64,000 nucleotides of DNA from a candidate division WOR-3 bacterium. GTDB lineage: Bacteria > Hydrothermota > Tepidihabitantia > Tepidihabitantales > Tepidihabitantaceae. The DNA is taken from positions 65,657 to 129,656 of the forward strand of contig CBFGKH010000001.1 of NCBI GenBank assembly GCA_965649295.1. Reading direction: 5' to 3'. Position numbers and translations under genes: made by a program. Under the pieces are notes generated by a model. The model was not told where the DNA came from, searched no databases, and saw only the letters and a list, made by a program, of their open reading frames with translations. Below are positions 50,936 through 60,573 of this stretch, piece after piece (the stretch's first letter is position 1; every line of letters starts with the position of its first letter).

Positions 50936-51122
50936 TTAGTCGCTCACTAACCTCGGCTACGGGTGCCACTGCACCCGCTACTGACCGTCTGCGTCTCATC
51001 AGCCTGCCAGTAAGGTGCCACCCGCCCCCGCAGCTTGAATAATTCTACCAGCAATGTCCCAATTGTCAACAATGCCAAACGACATACCTATCGTTAGTTA
51101 TCGCGACCGAACCGAGATTAGT

Positions 51123-51743
51123 TCAGTGAAAGGCGAAGTAGTAGAGGATGTTGATGCCCATCCGGAATGCCTGTTCGCGCACTTCCGGCGGGTCCTTGTG
51201 AGCAGCGGTCCAGCCGTCGCTCACATTACTGTTGTAGGTGTAGTAAACCACCATCCTACCGCCAAGATACATCCCAAAACCACGAGGCGGACCCTCGTAA
51301 TGTTCATGAATCTTGGGCGGGCCGGCAGGAAATCGATAGGGCTCCTGGTAGATTGGATGGTCAAAAGGAAGCTCGACCAGCTCGCTATTGGGCAACACCT
51401 TACGAATCTCCCGGCGAAACGACTCGTCGAGACCATAGTCATCGTCAACGTAAAGGAAGCCGCCAGCCTCAAGAAACCGCCGCAGCCTGATCACCTCCGC
51501 ATCTGAGAACGAAACATTGCCGTGTCCGGTCATGAACAGAAACGGGTACTCAAAGAGCCGATCATCGAGCAGGCTGACCTGTGCTTCCTCAGTCGCCAAC
51601 CGCATTGTGCTCCGCCGATTTACCTCCAGAGCGAGATTGGGAATAGCATCCTGATCATTATACCAGTCACCACCACCCGAATACTTTAGCCGCGCAATCT
51701 GCCACTGTCCCCAAGCTGTGCCTGTCAGTGCTAAGAGCAGCAA
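51123..51743 (-). CDS. DUF4159-family secreted protein
   Basis: Signal peptide MLLLALTGTAWG, then LKYSGGGDWYND...FEYPFLFMTGHGNVSFSDAEVIRLRRFLEAGGFLYVDDDYG, which matches my recollection of the DUF4159 consensus. Confidence 0.55.
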   Translation of the reverse strand: MLLLALTGTAWGQWQIARLKYSGGGDWYNDQDAIPNLALEVNRRSTMRLATEEAQVSLLDDRLFEYPFLFMTGHGNVSFSDAEVIRLRRFLEAGGFLYVDDDYGLDESFRREIRKVLPNSELVELPFDHPIYQEPYRFPAGPPKIHEHYEGPPRGFGMYLGGRMVVYYTYNSNVSDGWTAAHKDPPEVREQAFRMGINILYYFAFH

Positions 51744-51763
51744 GCCGTCAATCAGCCGCAGAA

Positions 51764-52651
51764 TCAGACCTCCTTTGCGAGCCAGCGCTCGCGCCGCTGC
51801 CGGAGGGCACGCAGATATGAGTATGGCACAGTCACCTGCCCAAGGTAAATCCGGCCGTGCTTGCGGCCGCCATGACAGTCACTGCCGCCGGTCATGACTA
51901 GCCCATTCTTCTGAGCAATCTCCCGCAGATGGTCGCTCTCCTTGTCAGTGTGGTCAGGGTGCCAGACCTCGATGCCATCGGCTCCCGCCGCAATCACCGA
52001 GTAAAGAGCGGCCTCGTTTTCATAGGTCCCCGGGTGCGCAACCACCGCGACGCCGCTGTGCCGATGAATGAAATCAACCGCCGCGCTGGGCGTGAGCTGC
52101 ATCTTCGGGAAATATGCTGGCCCGTCGTAACCGATGAAGCGACTAAACGCCTCATCGGTCGAGCTGACCGCCCCAATCTCAACCAGTGCCGAAGCCACAT
52201 GCGGCCGACCGATCGCTGCGTTGCCAGCCAGTTGTTCGACCCTGGCCATCCGGACAGCAATGCCCAGCTCGTTCAGCTTGGCAACCATCTTCTCGGCCCG
52301 TTCCCGCCGATGGTCACGCACTAGCCCTAAGAACTCTTGCACTGCGCTCGCACCATAATCAATGTAATAGCCAAGCACATGGACATCAGTTCCATTCGTC
52401 GTGCAGCTCAGCTCGACCCCGGGCACAACCTCGACTCCGAGTCGACGACCGGCCGCAACCGCCCGTTCGACGCCGTCCATCGCATCGTGGTCAGTGATGC
52501 CAACTGCTGCCAGGTTCAGTCGCTTTGCCTCGGCCACCAGCTCCTCTGGTGAGAACAGTCCGTCCGAAAATGTCGTGTGGGCATGCAAGTCGCACCGGCC
52601 GTCCTCAAGCCGCGGCGTCGGCTCATCACGCCGCCGACCGCTAACTGCCAT
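51764..52651 (-). CDS. PHP-domain metal-dependent phosphoesterase (TrpH/YciV-like)
   Basis: CDLHAHTTFSDG...GITDHD...H. PHP histidine motifs are present at both the N- and C-termini. Confidence 0.75.
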   Translation of the reverse strand: MAVSGRRRDEPTPRLEDGRCDLHAHTTFSDGLFSPEELVAEAKRLNLAAVGITDHDAMDGVERAVAAGRRLGVEVVPGVELSCTTNGTDVHVLGYYIDYGASAVQEFLGLVRDHRRERAEKMVAKLNELGIAVRMARVEQLAGNAAIGRPHVASALVEIGAVSSTDEAFSRFIGYDGPAYFPKMQLTPSAAVDFIHRHSGVAVVAHPGTYENEAALYSVIAAGADGIEVWHPDHTDKESDHLREIAQKNGLVMTGGSDCHGGRKHGRIYLGQVTVPYSYLRALRQRRERWLAKEV

Positions 52652-52696
52652 CGGCAGTCTCCATCACTCTCGTCGCCAGATGCGCTAACATCACTA

Positions 52697-54211
52697 CTAC
52701 CCCATCCGCTTGGCCACAACCGCCAGATAGTGACTGACCAACCTATCGCATTCCGCCGCGAGTTCATCAAGCAGCTCGCGCTTCTCCTGCACCCACTTCT
52801 CGTCCAGAATGCCACCAAGGTTGATAAGCACATTGAGCCGCGCACCCTTGAAACAGGTATCGAGATTGAGCGCAGCCACGCCCGCGTCAGAAATCGAGTT
52901 CTTGTTGCCGTATTCAACAACCGGCTTGGCCAGCCGCAGTACTTCCAGAGCCAGCGACAGCGTTCGGAATGGAACTTCGGCGGCTGCCTTCAGGGCCTCA
53001 CTCACTGCCCGGTTCCGTTCCTGCCTATCCGCCTCGGTCATCTTTGGCAGCTTATACGCTGCCATCACCTTCTTGAACGACTCTGCATCCTCATCAACCA
53101 ACGCAAGAAAACGCTCGCGCAACGGCAGCAGGCTGTCCCGGACGCCTTTCAGTTCATCCTCGAACTCCTCATAACCCTTCTTCCCCACAGTCAGATTGGC
53201 CACCATCGTCAACAGAGCAGTTCCCAAGGCGCCGTTCAGGGCAGCACACGATCCTCCACCCGGCACCGGCGCTGACGATGCAAGGTCATTGAGAAAGTCA
53301 GGCAGGCCCTTGGCCGGCACCAGCCAGTTCTCAAGAATCTGGTCGCGTTTGAAAGAGTTGAGCTGCAGATAGTAGCGCGCGCAGGCATTGAGCGCTCCCT
53401 GCGGGACCAGCCCGACGATCTCTGACTCAAGCACGGTTACACCCCAGCGCTGAGCCTCGCGGCGCACCGTCTCAAAGACCCGGTATAGCGGTGTCTTGGT
53501 GTAATCGGTCATATTGATTGAAACCTGGACACAGCCCTTCTCTTTCACCGCAAAACCGAGCGCTTTGACGTAACGGAACCCGCCATCGCGGAACCGGATT
53601 GCCTTGGCAATCCGTTCTGCAACCTTCACATCGGTTGTTGCCAGATTAATATTGAACGCAATCAACGGCGCGCGCACACCGACCACCGTTGCGCCCGCTG
53701 TTGGATGCAGCTCGGGCCGGCCAAAGTCCGGAGCCCGATCGGGATCGGTTCGGATTGCCTCGCGCAACCCCTCAAACTCGCCTTTGCGGATAACCGCGAG
53801 ATCGGTACGGTCTGGCCGGGTTGCGGCTAACTCGTAGAGATAGGTCGGAATTGACAACTCGTCGGCAATCTTCTTGGCCAGCCGTTTGGCCAACTCGATG
53901 CACTCCTCCTGCGTCACGCCCGAGATCGGCACAAATGGCACGACATCAGTTGCACCAATCCGCGGATGCTCACCCTGATGCTTGTTCAGGTCAATCAGCT
54001 CAGCCGCGGTCTTCACTGCCTTGAACGCCGCCTCAAAAACTGCCTCTGGCTCGCCCACAAACGAGAGCACTGCTCGGTTGTGGTCCTTGTCCATCTCCTG
54101 ATCCAACATCGAGACGCCATTCACACTCTTGATAACGTTGACAATCTTCTCGATGATTTCGGGCCGTCGGCCTTCACTGAAGTTGGGGACGCACTCGACT
54201 ATCTTCCGCAT
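52697..54211 (-). CDS. ftcD: Bifunctional glutamate formimidoyltransferase / formimidoyltetrahydrofolate cyclodeaminase (FtcD)
   Basis: N-terminus ECVPNFSEGR...HPRIGATDVVPF (FTCD_N). A C-terminal ~190 aa with PGGGSCAALNGALGTAL is the cyclodeaminase (FTCD_C) helical domain. Confidence 0.8.
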   Translation of the reverse strand: MRKIVECVPNFSEGRRPEIIEKIVNVIKSVNGVSMLDQEMDKDHNRAVLSFVGEPEAVFEAAFKAVKTAAELIDLNKHQGEHPRIGATDVVPFVPISGVTQEECIELAKRLAKKIADELSIPTYLYELAATRPDRTDLAVIRKGEFEGLREAIRTDPDRAPDFGRPELHPTAGATVVGVRAPLIAFNINLATTDVKVAERIAKAIRFRDGGFRYVKALGFAVKEKGCVQVSINMTDYTKTPLYRVFETVRREAQRWGVTVLESEIVGLVPQGALNACARYYLQLNSFKRDQILENWLVPAKGLPDFLNDLASSAPVPGGGSCAALNGALGTALLTMVANLTVGKKGYEEFEDELKGVRDSLLPLRERFLALVDEDAESFKKVMAAYKLPKMTEADRQERNRAVSEALKAAAEVPFRTLSLALEVLRLAKPVVEYGNKNSISDAGVAALNLDTCFKGARLNVLINLGGILDEKWVQEKRELLDELAAECDRLVSHYLAVVAKRMG

Positions 54212-54746
54212 GACGAAAAGGCTCCTTTCAAAATGAAATGATTACCCGGCAGGTACAGCTCAGTATCTTAGCCGGGCCACGCACCAAGTCAAACAAGCTA
54301 TCCGCAGTCAGCAGTTCAGAATGTAAGACACTAGCAGAGATGACATTCCAAGCTGTCAGACCCAACATCACCCCCGCCCTTACAACAAGTAACGATGGGA
54401 CAAACAGTTAGGCCTTCGCTTCGATTCTCGCCCGCCCACCCCCTGGGCTGTCCCGGGAGTAGTCTCCTTGTCTGCGAGCGATACCGCTTGCGACAATACC
54501 TTGACTACTGCCCGCCGATAAGCTCGTAACGCTCTTTGGAGTTGAATCCGCAAGACCGTCGCCCATGCAGTGAGCAGAGGTATTCCCGGTCAGCTACGCC
54601 ATATCCTCTCCAGTTGACTTGTAGCCATTGCTAGGTAACTGGCTTCGTAACCTCCTATCGCCCACGCTGCCAGGTAGATTTCGATCGCTGTCCTGGTCCA
54701 GGTTTAGGAGAAAGCCCTTGCCCGTATTCTGACAGAGCCTCTGTAG

Positions 54747-57700
54747 CTAGCGAGCTACGACTATCTTCTTTACCGTTCGATCGCTGCTAGCGGCTGAGCC
54801 GCGCAGGAAATAGACCCCAGGGCTGAAACTGCTCAAATCATTCCTGCCCGGCTGCACTTCCAGAATCTTCCTGCCTGATGCATCGAGCAATATGGCATCA
54901 GCCTCCAAGTCGGCAGTGACGGCCTGCCAGTCAATGTACCCGCGCACCAACGTCGCTGTCGGCAGAAGCTCACGGACAATGGGCAGTGACCGTTCGGCAA
55001 CCGCCACCGCTGGTGGTCCGCCGCCAGTCACCCGCACGTCATCAATGTAGAATCCTTCACCGACCGTGTCTCGGTCGCTACGAAAGACTAGTTGCACTTG
55101 AATCGTCTCCCCCAACCCCAGCCACGACAGGTCATAGCGCTCCTCTGCCCAGCCACTCTGGATACCAAGGACCCCTTCTCCCAGAGCCCCGCCCGTCCCG
55201 ACAAAATCGAGTGTGTCAGCCCGACCAGAATGAAGCACGATTGTATAGATGCCATCTACTCCGTAGTTCGGCACTGAAAACCACCGCCAGTATGAGAGCG
55301 AGCAGTTCTGGTTCACGATGAGCGGCACCGAGGTCAGCGCTGCGTTCATATTGTTAGCATACTGCCGGGTAGCCTCACTGCCGCAGTACCACGACCAGCC
55401 CCCCGAATGGGCACGGTAATTAGAGTGATGCCACATGTCACCCTGGCCGCCATGAGTCCAGAGACTCGTACCCTGCTCCATATCGTCAAAGAACCCGCTC
55501 GGCCCAACTAGCACCGGCAATCGGTACTCATCAACCGTCGTATCCGCAGCGACATGCAGTTCGAGATTGGCAAGATACGAAGCTGGACAATCAGGCAGCG
55601 CCCGGAGCGAAATGCTCTCTGGGCTCGTACTGGTTGTGCGCGGGCCAATCTCGCCGAACCAGAGTGTCTCACCACCGACCTGAACCAAGCTGTCCACGCC
55701 CACTGCCCATGCCCGGACGTTATGAGCAATGCCGTTGCCCCGGTTACGCAGTTGAACTCGCAGATGACTTGTTCTCCCGGGATGAAGGGGTGCCACAAGC
55801 CAGTGCCGCTCTGGTCCCAGTATGCCACCCCTAACCAGTAGCGGTACGGAAAAGACCTGGCTGGCGCTAGCAGTCTGCGCTGAAACTTCCAGTCGCACCA
55901 GCTCGCCATCAGCAAGGCACCAGTCCAGGACAAGCCTAAATGCACCGGCGACAAGAACCGAATCACCCGGCCCCAGCCCAGGATGGGCTGCCACCGAATC
56001 AAGCAATGTTACACCGGCTGAACCCACCCGCAGCCTCAACTCGACTGGACCCGAGGCCAGTCCTCCCTGATTCGTCAGCCAAAGCCCCAGTTCGAGCGTC
56101 TCGCCAGGATTGGCAAGGCCATCGCCATTGCCCAAGGCATCATCAACAGCCCAGCCGCCAAAACCCAGCCGCTGGGCTGCTCGGCAATCAATCTGCCGCA
56201 CAACTGGCCGACAGTTGTCAGCGGTGACGGTTAGAGTGAACTCACCATCACTCACCGGCGTAGCCGTGAGCCAGACCTGACCACTGGGGTCAGTGCGGCC
56301 CCGGCTGTAGGACTCACCCGGCTTCAACAGGCAGACCAGCGCGTTTTCAACCGGCCGACCTTCGTGCTCGACGCTGATAAGATAGCGACCATGCCTACGC
56401 GGAATCAGGTCTGGCCCCCGCACCAGCAGCGTCTCCGGCTGAGCTGACCAGACGAGTAGTTCAGGATCGCCCATCAGATTGATACAATACTGGTGCCAGC
56501 GATAGACATTTCGGTCGTGTGAAAACGGCACGTAGTATGCCTTGGCCCGGTTTAGGGCGTCGCCAAGCCGACGATAGCCCTCGCGCGTGACAGCGTGCCA
56601 GAACCGGTTGTCGAACTTATCGGAATACCCGAAATCAGGATTGCCTGGCGAACCCCAGCCATAGGATGAGTTGCCGATAGTTGCCACTGTGCCGCCGTTT
56701 GGGTTCGTGACAAACGCCTCGCCGATACTCTGGTAGTCGAAGGCCGTGGTCCAGCAACCGATCGAATATAGCACACCCCAGCCGCTGTTGGTAATCGTGT
56801 CGGCATCGGCAGTGACTAGCCGATTACCGCCACCGCCACAACTCATCACGTCAATCCAGCCGTGGCCGTCGTGGTTGAGAAAGTTCTGGTTCTGCCTGAT
56901 TGCAGCCATCACCGCCTCGCGGGTCTCATTACCGAGGCTCTGATACAGCTTGGTCACCTCGTAGCCAGGCCCAAACGAGCGCTGTTCTAGCCGGTTCTTG
57001 TGCACGCCCTGATCAGTGTATGGATTCTGCCAGAGAATCTCAGCAAAGAAGAGCGCTCGCTGTTGATAACCGCTGGTCTGACACTGTTCGTAATCTAGCA
57101 CCTTGCGCACAAACGCCTGGGCCTGAATCGCATTGTTCACCGGCGCCCGGCCTACCGCAATGTCCGCATAGAGATCAACCCCATCGTCAGTCTCGCCAAA
57201 CACGCTGTTACCGTTCGCGTCCCAATCGCCCTGCAGGTCGGCAAAGTAGAGGTCGCACGGCAACGAGTCTTCCCGTTGCATCGCGCCCCACTCGCAGCTC
57301 ATCGCGAACGCCTTACGGAAAGGAATCACGCCGACATCTCCACCCAGTAGCACATAACGCACGCCCGAATCCGGCAAAGTCTTGAGATAGTTGCGCAACC
57401 TCTCAGCATCGTCTCGGCCCGGGTAATTAGCTGTCACCCAGCCGATGTTGCGCACTGCTGCCCGCACCCCTTTCTGGGTCTTCCATTGGGCCAGCCGTTC
57501 GAAGACTGAATCGAGTCCGGCACCGGTCACAATAACATAGTCAAGCTCGGCCGTGGGCAGCACCGGTCGCTGCGACAGCCGCTCGTATGTCACCTCCACC
57601 TTGATGCGCGGACAGTACTCCAGTCGCTGCCTCGCGCCAACAAATCTCACTGGATAGAGTAGCAACTGCACGAGCGTGCTATCCGGGCTCACGCTTGTCC

Positions 57701-58088
57701 CGGTCCAGCGACCTGGCAGCGAAGGATGAGTAGTCGAATAGCAGGCAGCATTGGGAGAGGTGAACCAGTCGCGCAGCCGCTGATCGGCCAGCACGTGCTG
57801 CTCCTGCGCCGGATAGGGCGTGACCGCGGCTGCTAGCTCTTGCCAGTCGGCCGCATCAATCAAAACACGACTCGCCCGACATTCCCCCGGCAGGGCCAGA
57901 ACCGCCGGTACCACTGGCAGTTGCGGCGCCCCCGGGTCATCAGTAACTTCCTGGTCAACCCCCAGCACGAGCACAAAACGCCCAGCCTGTTCCAGTTTGA
58001 AGCGGCTCGATTCGAACTCAAACTCTCGCACAAGCTGGGCCCCGGCTGCCAAACCAAAGAACGTTGCCAGCAGCACCACTCGTTTCAT
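54747..58088 (-). CDS. Peptidase C25 (gingipain-like) paralogue with C-terminal type-A T9SS sorting domain
   Basis: Signal peptide MKRVVLLATFFGLAAGA. C25 core YVIVTGAG...YVLLGGDVGVIP...DLYFADLQGDWD...ADIAVGR, His in HDGHGW, Cys in YSIGCWTTAFD. The C-terminus ...SFSPGVYFLRGSAASSDRTVKKIVVAR is the sorting domain. Confidence 0.8.
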   Translation of the reverse strand: MKRVVLLATFFGLAAGAQLVREFEFESSRFKLEQAGRFVLVLGVDQEVTDDPGAPQLPVVPAVLALPGECRASRVLIDAADWQELAAAVTPYPAQEQHVLADQRLRDWFTSPNAACYSTTHPSLPGRWTGTSVSPDSTLVQLLLYPVRFVGARQRLEYCPRIKVEVTYERLSQRPVLPTAELDYVIVTGAGLDSVFERLAQWKTQKGVRAAVRNIGWVTANYPGRDDAERLRNYLKTLPDSGVRYVLLGGDVGVIPFRKAFAMSCEWGAMQREDSLPCDLYFADLQGDWDANGNSVFGETDDGVDLYADIAVGRAPVNNAIQAQAFVRKVLDYEQCQTSGYQQRALFFAEILWQNPYTDQGVHKNRLEQRSFGPGYEVTKLYQSLGNETREAVMAAIRQNQNFLNHDGHGWIDVMSCGGGGNRLVTADADTITNSGWGVLYSIGCWTTAFDYQSIGEAFVTNPNGGTVATIGNSSYGWGSPGNPDFGYSDKFDNRFWHAVTREGYRRLGDALNRAKAYYVPFSHDRNVYRWHQYCINLMGDPELLVWSAQPETLLVRGPDLIPRRHGRYLISVEHEGRPVENALVCLLKPGESYSRGRTDPSGQVWLTATPVSDGEFTLTVTADNCRPVVRQIDCRAAQRLGFGGWAVDDALGNGDGLANPGETLELGLWLTNQGGLASGPVELRLRVGSAGVTLLDSVAAHPGLGPGDSVLVAGAFRLVLDWCLADGELVRLEVSAQTASASQVFSVPLLVRGGILGPERHWLVAPLHPGRTSHLRVQLRNRGNGIAHNVRAWAVGVDSLVQVGGETLWFGEIGPRTTSTSPESISLRALPDCPASYLANLELHVAADTTVDEYRLPVLVGPSGFFDDMEQGTSLWTHGGQGDMWHHSNYRAHSGGWSWYCGSEATRQYANNMNAALTSVPLIVNQNCSLSYWRWFSVPNYGVDGIYTIVLHSGRADTLDFVGTGGALGEGVLGIQSGWAEERYDLSWLGLGETIQVQLVFRSDRDTVGEGFYIDDVRVTGGGPPAVAVAERSLPIVRELLPTATLVRGYIDWQAVTADLEADAILLDASGRKILEVQPGRNDLSSFSPGVYFLRGSAASSDRTVKKIVVAR

Positions 58089-58163
58089 TGTTGGAGAATC
58101 GTTCGGTAGGTAATGATCTTTTCCACCGCGGTCAGAGACTGTTCGAATACGACTAACAAACCG

Positions 58164-59396
58164 CTAGGACTGCCGCTCGTAAACGATACGACCATGTCTG
58201 ATTGTCATCCGAACCGGGTTATGGCCAAGCCGATAGGCCAAATGACGATAATCTGGAACATCGGTCACGACGATATCTGCAAGCCGTCCTGGTTCGATAG
58301 TGCCGGCATCGAGCCGCAGGGCCTTGGCCGCGTTCACAGTAATGCCCCGTAATGCCTCGGTTACGCTGAGGCCATAGTAGATGCAAGCATACTGGGCTGC
58401 CAATGGCTGTGCGAGCAGCGGGCACGAACCAGGATTGAAATCAGTGGCCACTGCCATCACAATCCCCAGTTCCCGCATTCGGGCCACTGGCGAGCGATGC
58501 TGCTCCCGTAGAAAAAAAGAAGTGCCCGGCAACAGCACTGCCACTACTCCCACATCAGCCATTGCCTCAAGCCCGTTGTCGGATGGCTGCAGCAGATGGC
58601 TGGCCGAGACTGCCCTGACCTTTGCCGCCACCAAAGCTCCGCCAGAAGACTCGATCTCATCGGCGTGAACTGTTGGCAGCAACCCATGCTCCTTGCCAGC
58701 CATAAGAATCGCCTCACTCTCGCTGGCATTGAAGACGAAATTCTCACAGAAGACATCACAGAATCGAGCAATACCCTGCTCCTTCACTGCCGGCAGCATC
58801 TCCTCAATCAGCAGCCTGATGTAATCCGCTTTGGCCACACCCTTGGGCACACTGTGTGCACCAAGAAAGGTTGGGACGACCGTAACAAGACCGGTCTCGC
58901 CCAAGCGCTGAGCAACCCGCAACATCTTCAACTCAGTAGCGGTATCAAGACCATAGCCAGACTTGACTTCCACCGCAGTCGTGCCCCAGCTTACCATTTC
59001 CTCCAACCGAGCCAGTGCCGTGGCATACAACTCATCTTCAGTCGCTGCCCTTGTGGCTTGGACTGTAGAAAGGATACCACCACCAGCCTCAGCAATCTCC
59101 TTGTAGGTTCTGCCGCCAAGCCGCATCTCGAACTCATCCGCTCGCCAGCCACCGAACACCAGGTGTGTGTGAGGGTCAACGAATCCGGGAAGAACAACAC
59201 CGCCTTGACAGTCAATCACCCGCTCCCCCGGCTCGCGTTCGAGCGCAGCCCCGACCGCTACTATCCGGCCACCAGCTACCCGGACATCACCCTGTTCCAC
59301 CAAACCCAGGCCATCGCCAGTCATCGTCAGAACCTGAGCACAATTGGTCAGTAGGAAACTCTCATCGCTCACAGAAAGACTATATCCCAGCACCAA
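58164..59396 (-). CDS. hutI: Imidazolonepropionase (HutI)
   Basis: VLPGFVDPHTHLVFGGWRADEFEMRLGGRTYKEIAEAGGGI...VHADE...DFNPGS, the HutI amidohydrolase signature. Confidence 0.85.
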   Translation of the reverse strand: MVLGYSLSVSDESFLLTNCAQVLTMTGDGLGLVEQGDVRVAGGRIVAVGAALEREPGERVIDCQGGVVLPGFVDPHTHLVFGGWRADEFEMRLGGRTYKEIAEAGGGILSTVQATRAATEDELYATALARLEEMVSWGTTAVEVKSGYGLDTATELKMLRVAQRLGETGLVTVVPTFLGAHSVPKGVAKADYIRLLIEEMLPAVKEQGIARFCDVFCENFVFNASESEAILMAGKEHGLLPTVHADEIESSGGALVAAKVRAVSASHLLQPSDNGLEAMADVGVVAVLLPGTSFFLREQHRSPVARMRELGIVMAVATDFNPGSCPLLAQPLAAQYACIYYGLSVTEALRGITVNAAKALRLDAGTIEPGRLADIVVTDVPDYRHLAYRLGHNPVRMTIRHGRIVYERQS

Positions 59397-59450
59397 GTCA
59401 CTGCAAGGCCTGACAACGCTCTGCTCAGAGCTTGCATCTCGGGATGTTTA

Positions 59451-60503
59451 GTGCTTCAATCTACTGCTGTGCTTGCCTATCGCATCACCAGTCCGGCACC
59501 TGCTGAGCAACGTCGGCTGACTGCGACCGAACTGCCTGTGCCCGAACCTGGGCCTGGTGAGATACGTGTCCGCGTCGAAGCCTGTGGCGTCTGTCACACC
59601 GACCTCCATGAACTCGAGGGCGACATTACGCTCCCCAAGCTACCGGTCACTCCTGGCCACGAAATAGTCGGGGTTGTAGATAGGCTCGGCCCAAGCGTCA
59701 GTGCACCAGCGCTCGGCACGCGCGTCGGGATTCCCTGGCTTGCATCAACCTGCGGCGGGTGCCGTTTCTGCCGTTCCGGTCGCGAGAACCTCTGCCCTAC
59801 AGCACAGTTCACTGGCCTGCACACTGACGGTGGCTACGCCGAATTCACCGTCGCCCGGGCCGACTTCGTCTATCCCCTACCAACCGGGATCGCACCAGCC
59901 CAGGCTGCGCCGTTGCTCTGCGCCGGCGTCATTGGCTTCCGCGCTCTTCGCCTTGCCCTTGCCGCCTTCCTGCCTCGATCCGGTCAACCGACCATTCCGC
60001 CGGCCCTTCCCGTTCGCCTCGGCCTCTACGGCTTTGGCGCCTCGGCCCACATCTGCTTGCAGATTGCCCGCTACTGGGGCTGCGACATCGCCGTCTTCAC
60101 CCGTTCCCCGAACCATCAGCAACTCGCCCGTGAGCTTGGGGCCAACTGGGTCAGCACCGCTGCCGAACCGCCACCCAGGCCACTCGATGCCAGCATCATC
60201 TTCGCACCGGCTGGCGAACTTGTACCAGTCGCGCTGAACCATCTTGACCGTGGCGGCACTCTGGCGCTAGCCGGTATTCACATGACCACCATTCCGGCAA
60301 TCGAATACAGCCAGCTCTACTTCGAGCGCGAACTCCGTTCCGTCGCCAACAGCACCCGTCAGGATGCCCATGACCTACTGGCGCTGGCTGCCGCCATTCC
60401 CATCCAAAGCACAGTCGAAGAGTATCCGCTCACCAAAGCACCCGACGCCCTGCTGGCCCTCAAGAGAAGTCACCTTCGAGCCGCCGCTGTGCTCCGACCC
60501 TAA
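59451..60503 (+). CDS. Zinc-dependent alcohol dehydrogenase (MDR family)
   Basis: GVCHTDLH...GHEIVGVV catalytic zinc motif, the structural-zinc CGGCRFC cluster and a Rossmann GxGxxG. Confidence 0.85.
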   Translation: MLQSTAVLAYRITSPAPAEQRRLTATELPVPEPGPGEIRVRVEACGVCHTDLHELEGDITLPKLPVTPGHEIVGVVDRLGPSVSAPALGTRVGIPWLASTCGGCRFCRSGRENLCPTAQFTGLHTDGGYAEFTVARADFVYPLPTGIAPAQAAPLLCAGVIGFRALRLALAAFLPRSGQPTIPPALPVRLGLYGFGASAHICLQIARYWGCDIAVFTRSPNHQQLARELGANWVSTAAEPPPRPLDASIIFAPAGELVPVALNHLDRGGTLALAGIHMTTIPAIEYSQLYFERELRSVANSTRQDAHDLLALAAAIPIQSTVEEYPLTKAPDALLALKRSHLRAAAVLRP

Positions 60504-60573
60504 TCACCTCCCCCTCGTTTGGCCGGTGCTATTTGACCGCAGAACATCAGCCAATAGAGTGTCTAATCATTGT

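Noticed and set aside
60364-60573. Longest-ORF start for the outer-membrane receptor, overlapping the last 140 bp of the alcohol dehydrogenase gene
   Set aside because: The upstream 70 codons are Pro/Trp/Ser-rich with no signal peptide. The internal ATG at 60574 gives a textbook signal peptide directly followed by the CarboxypepD_reg domain.
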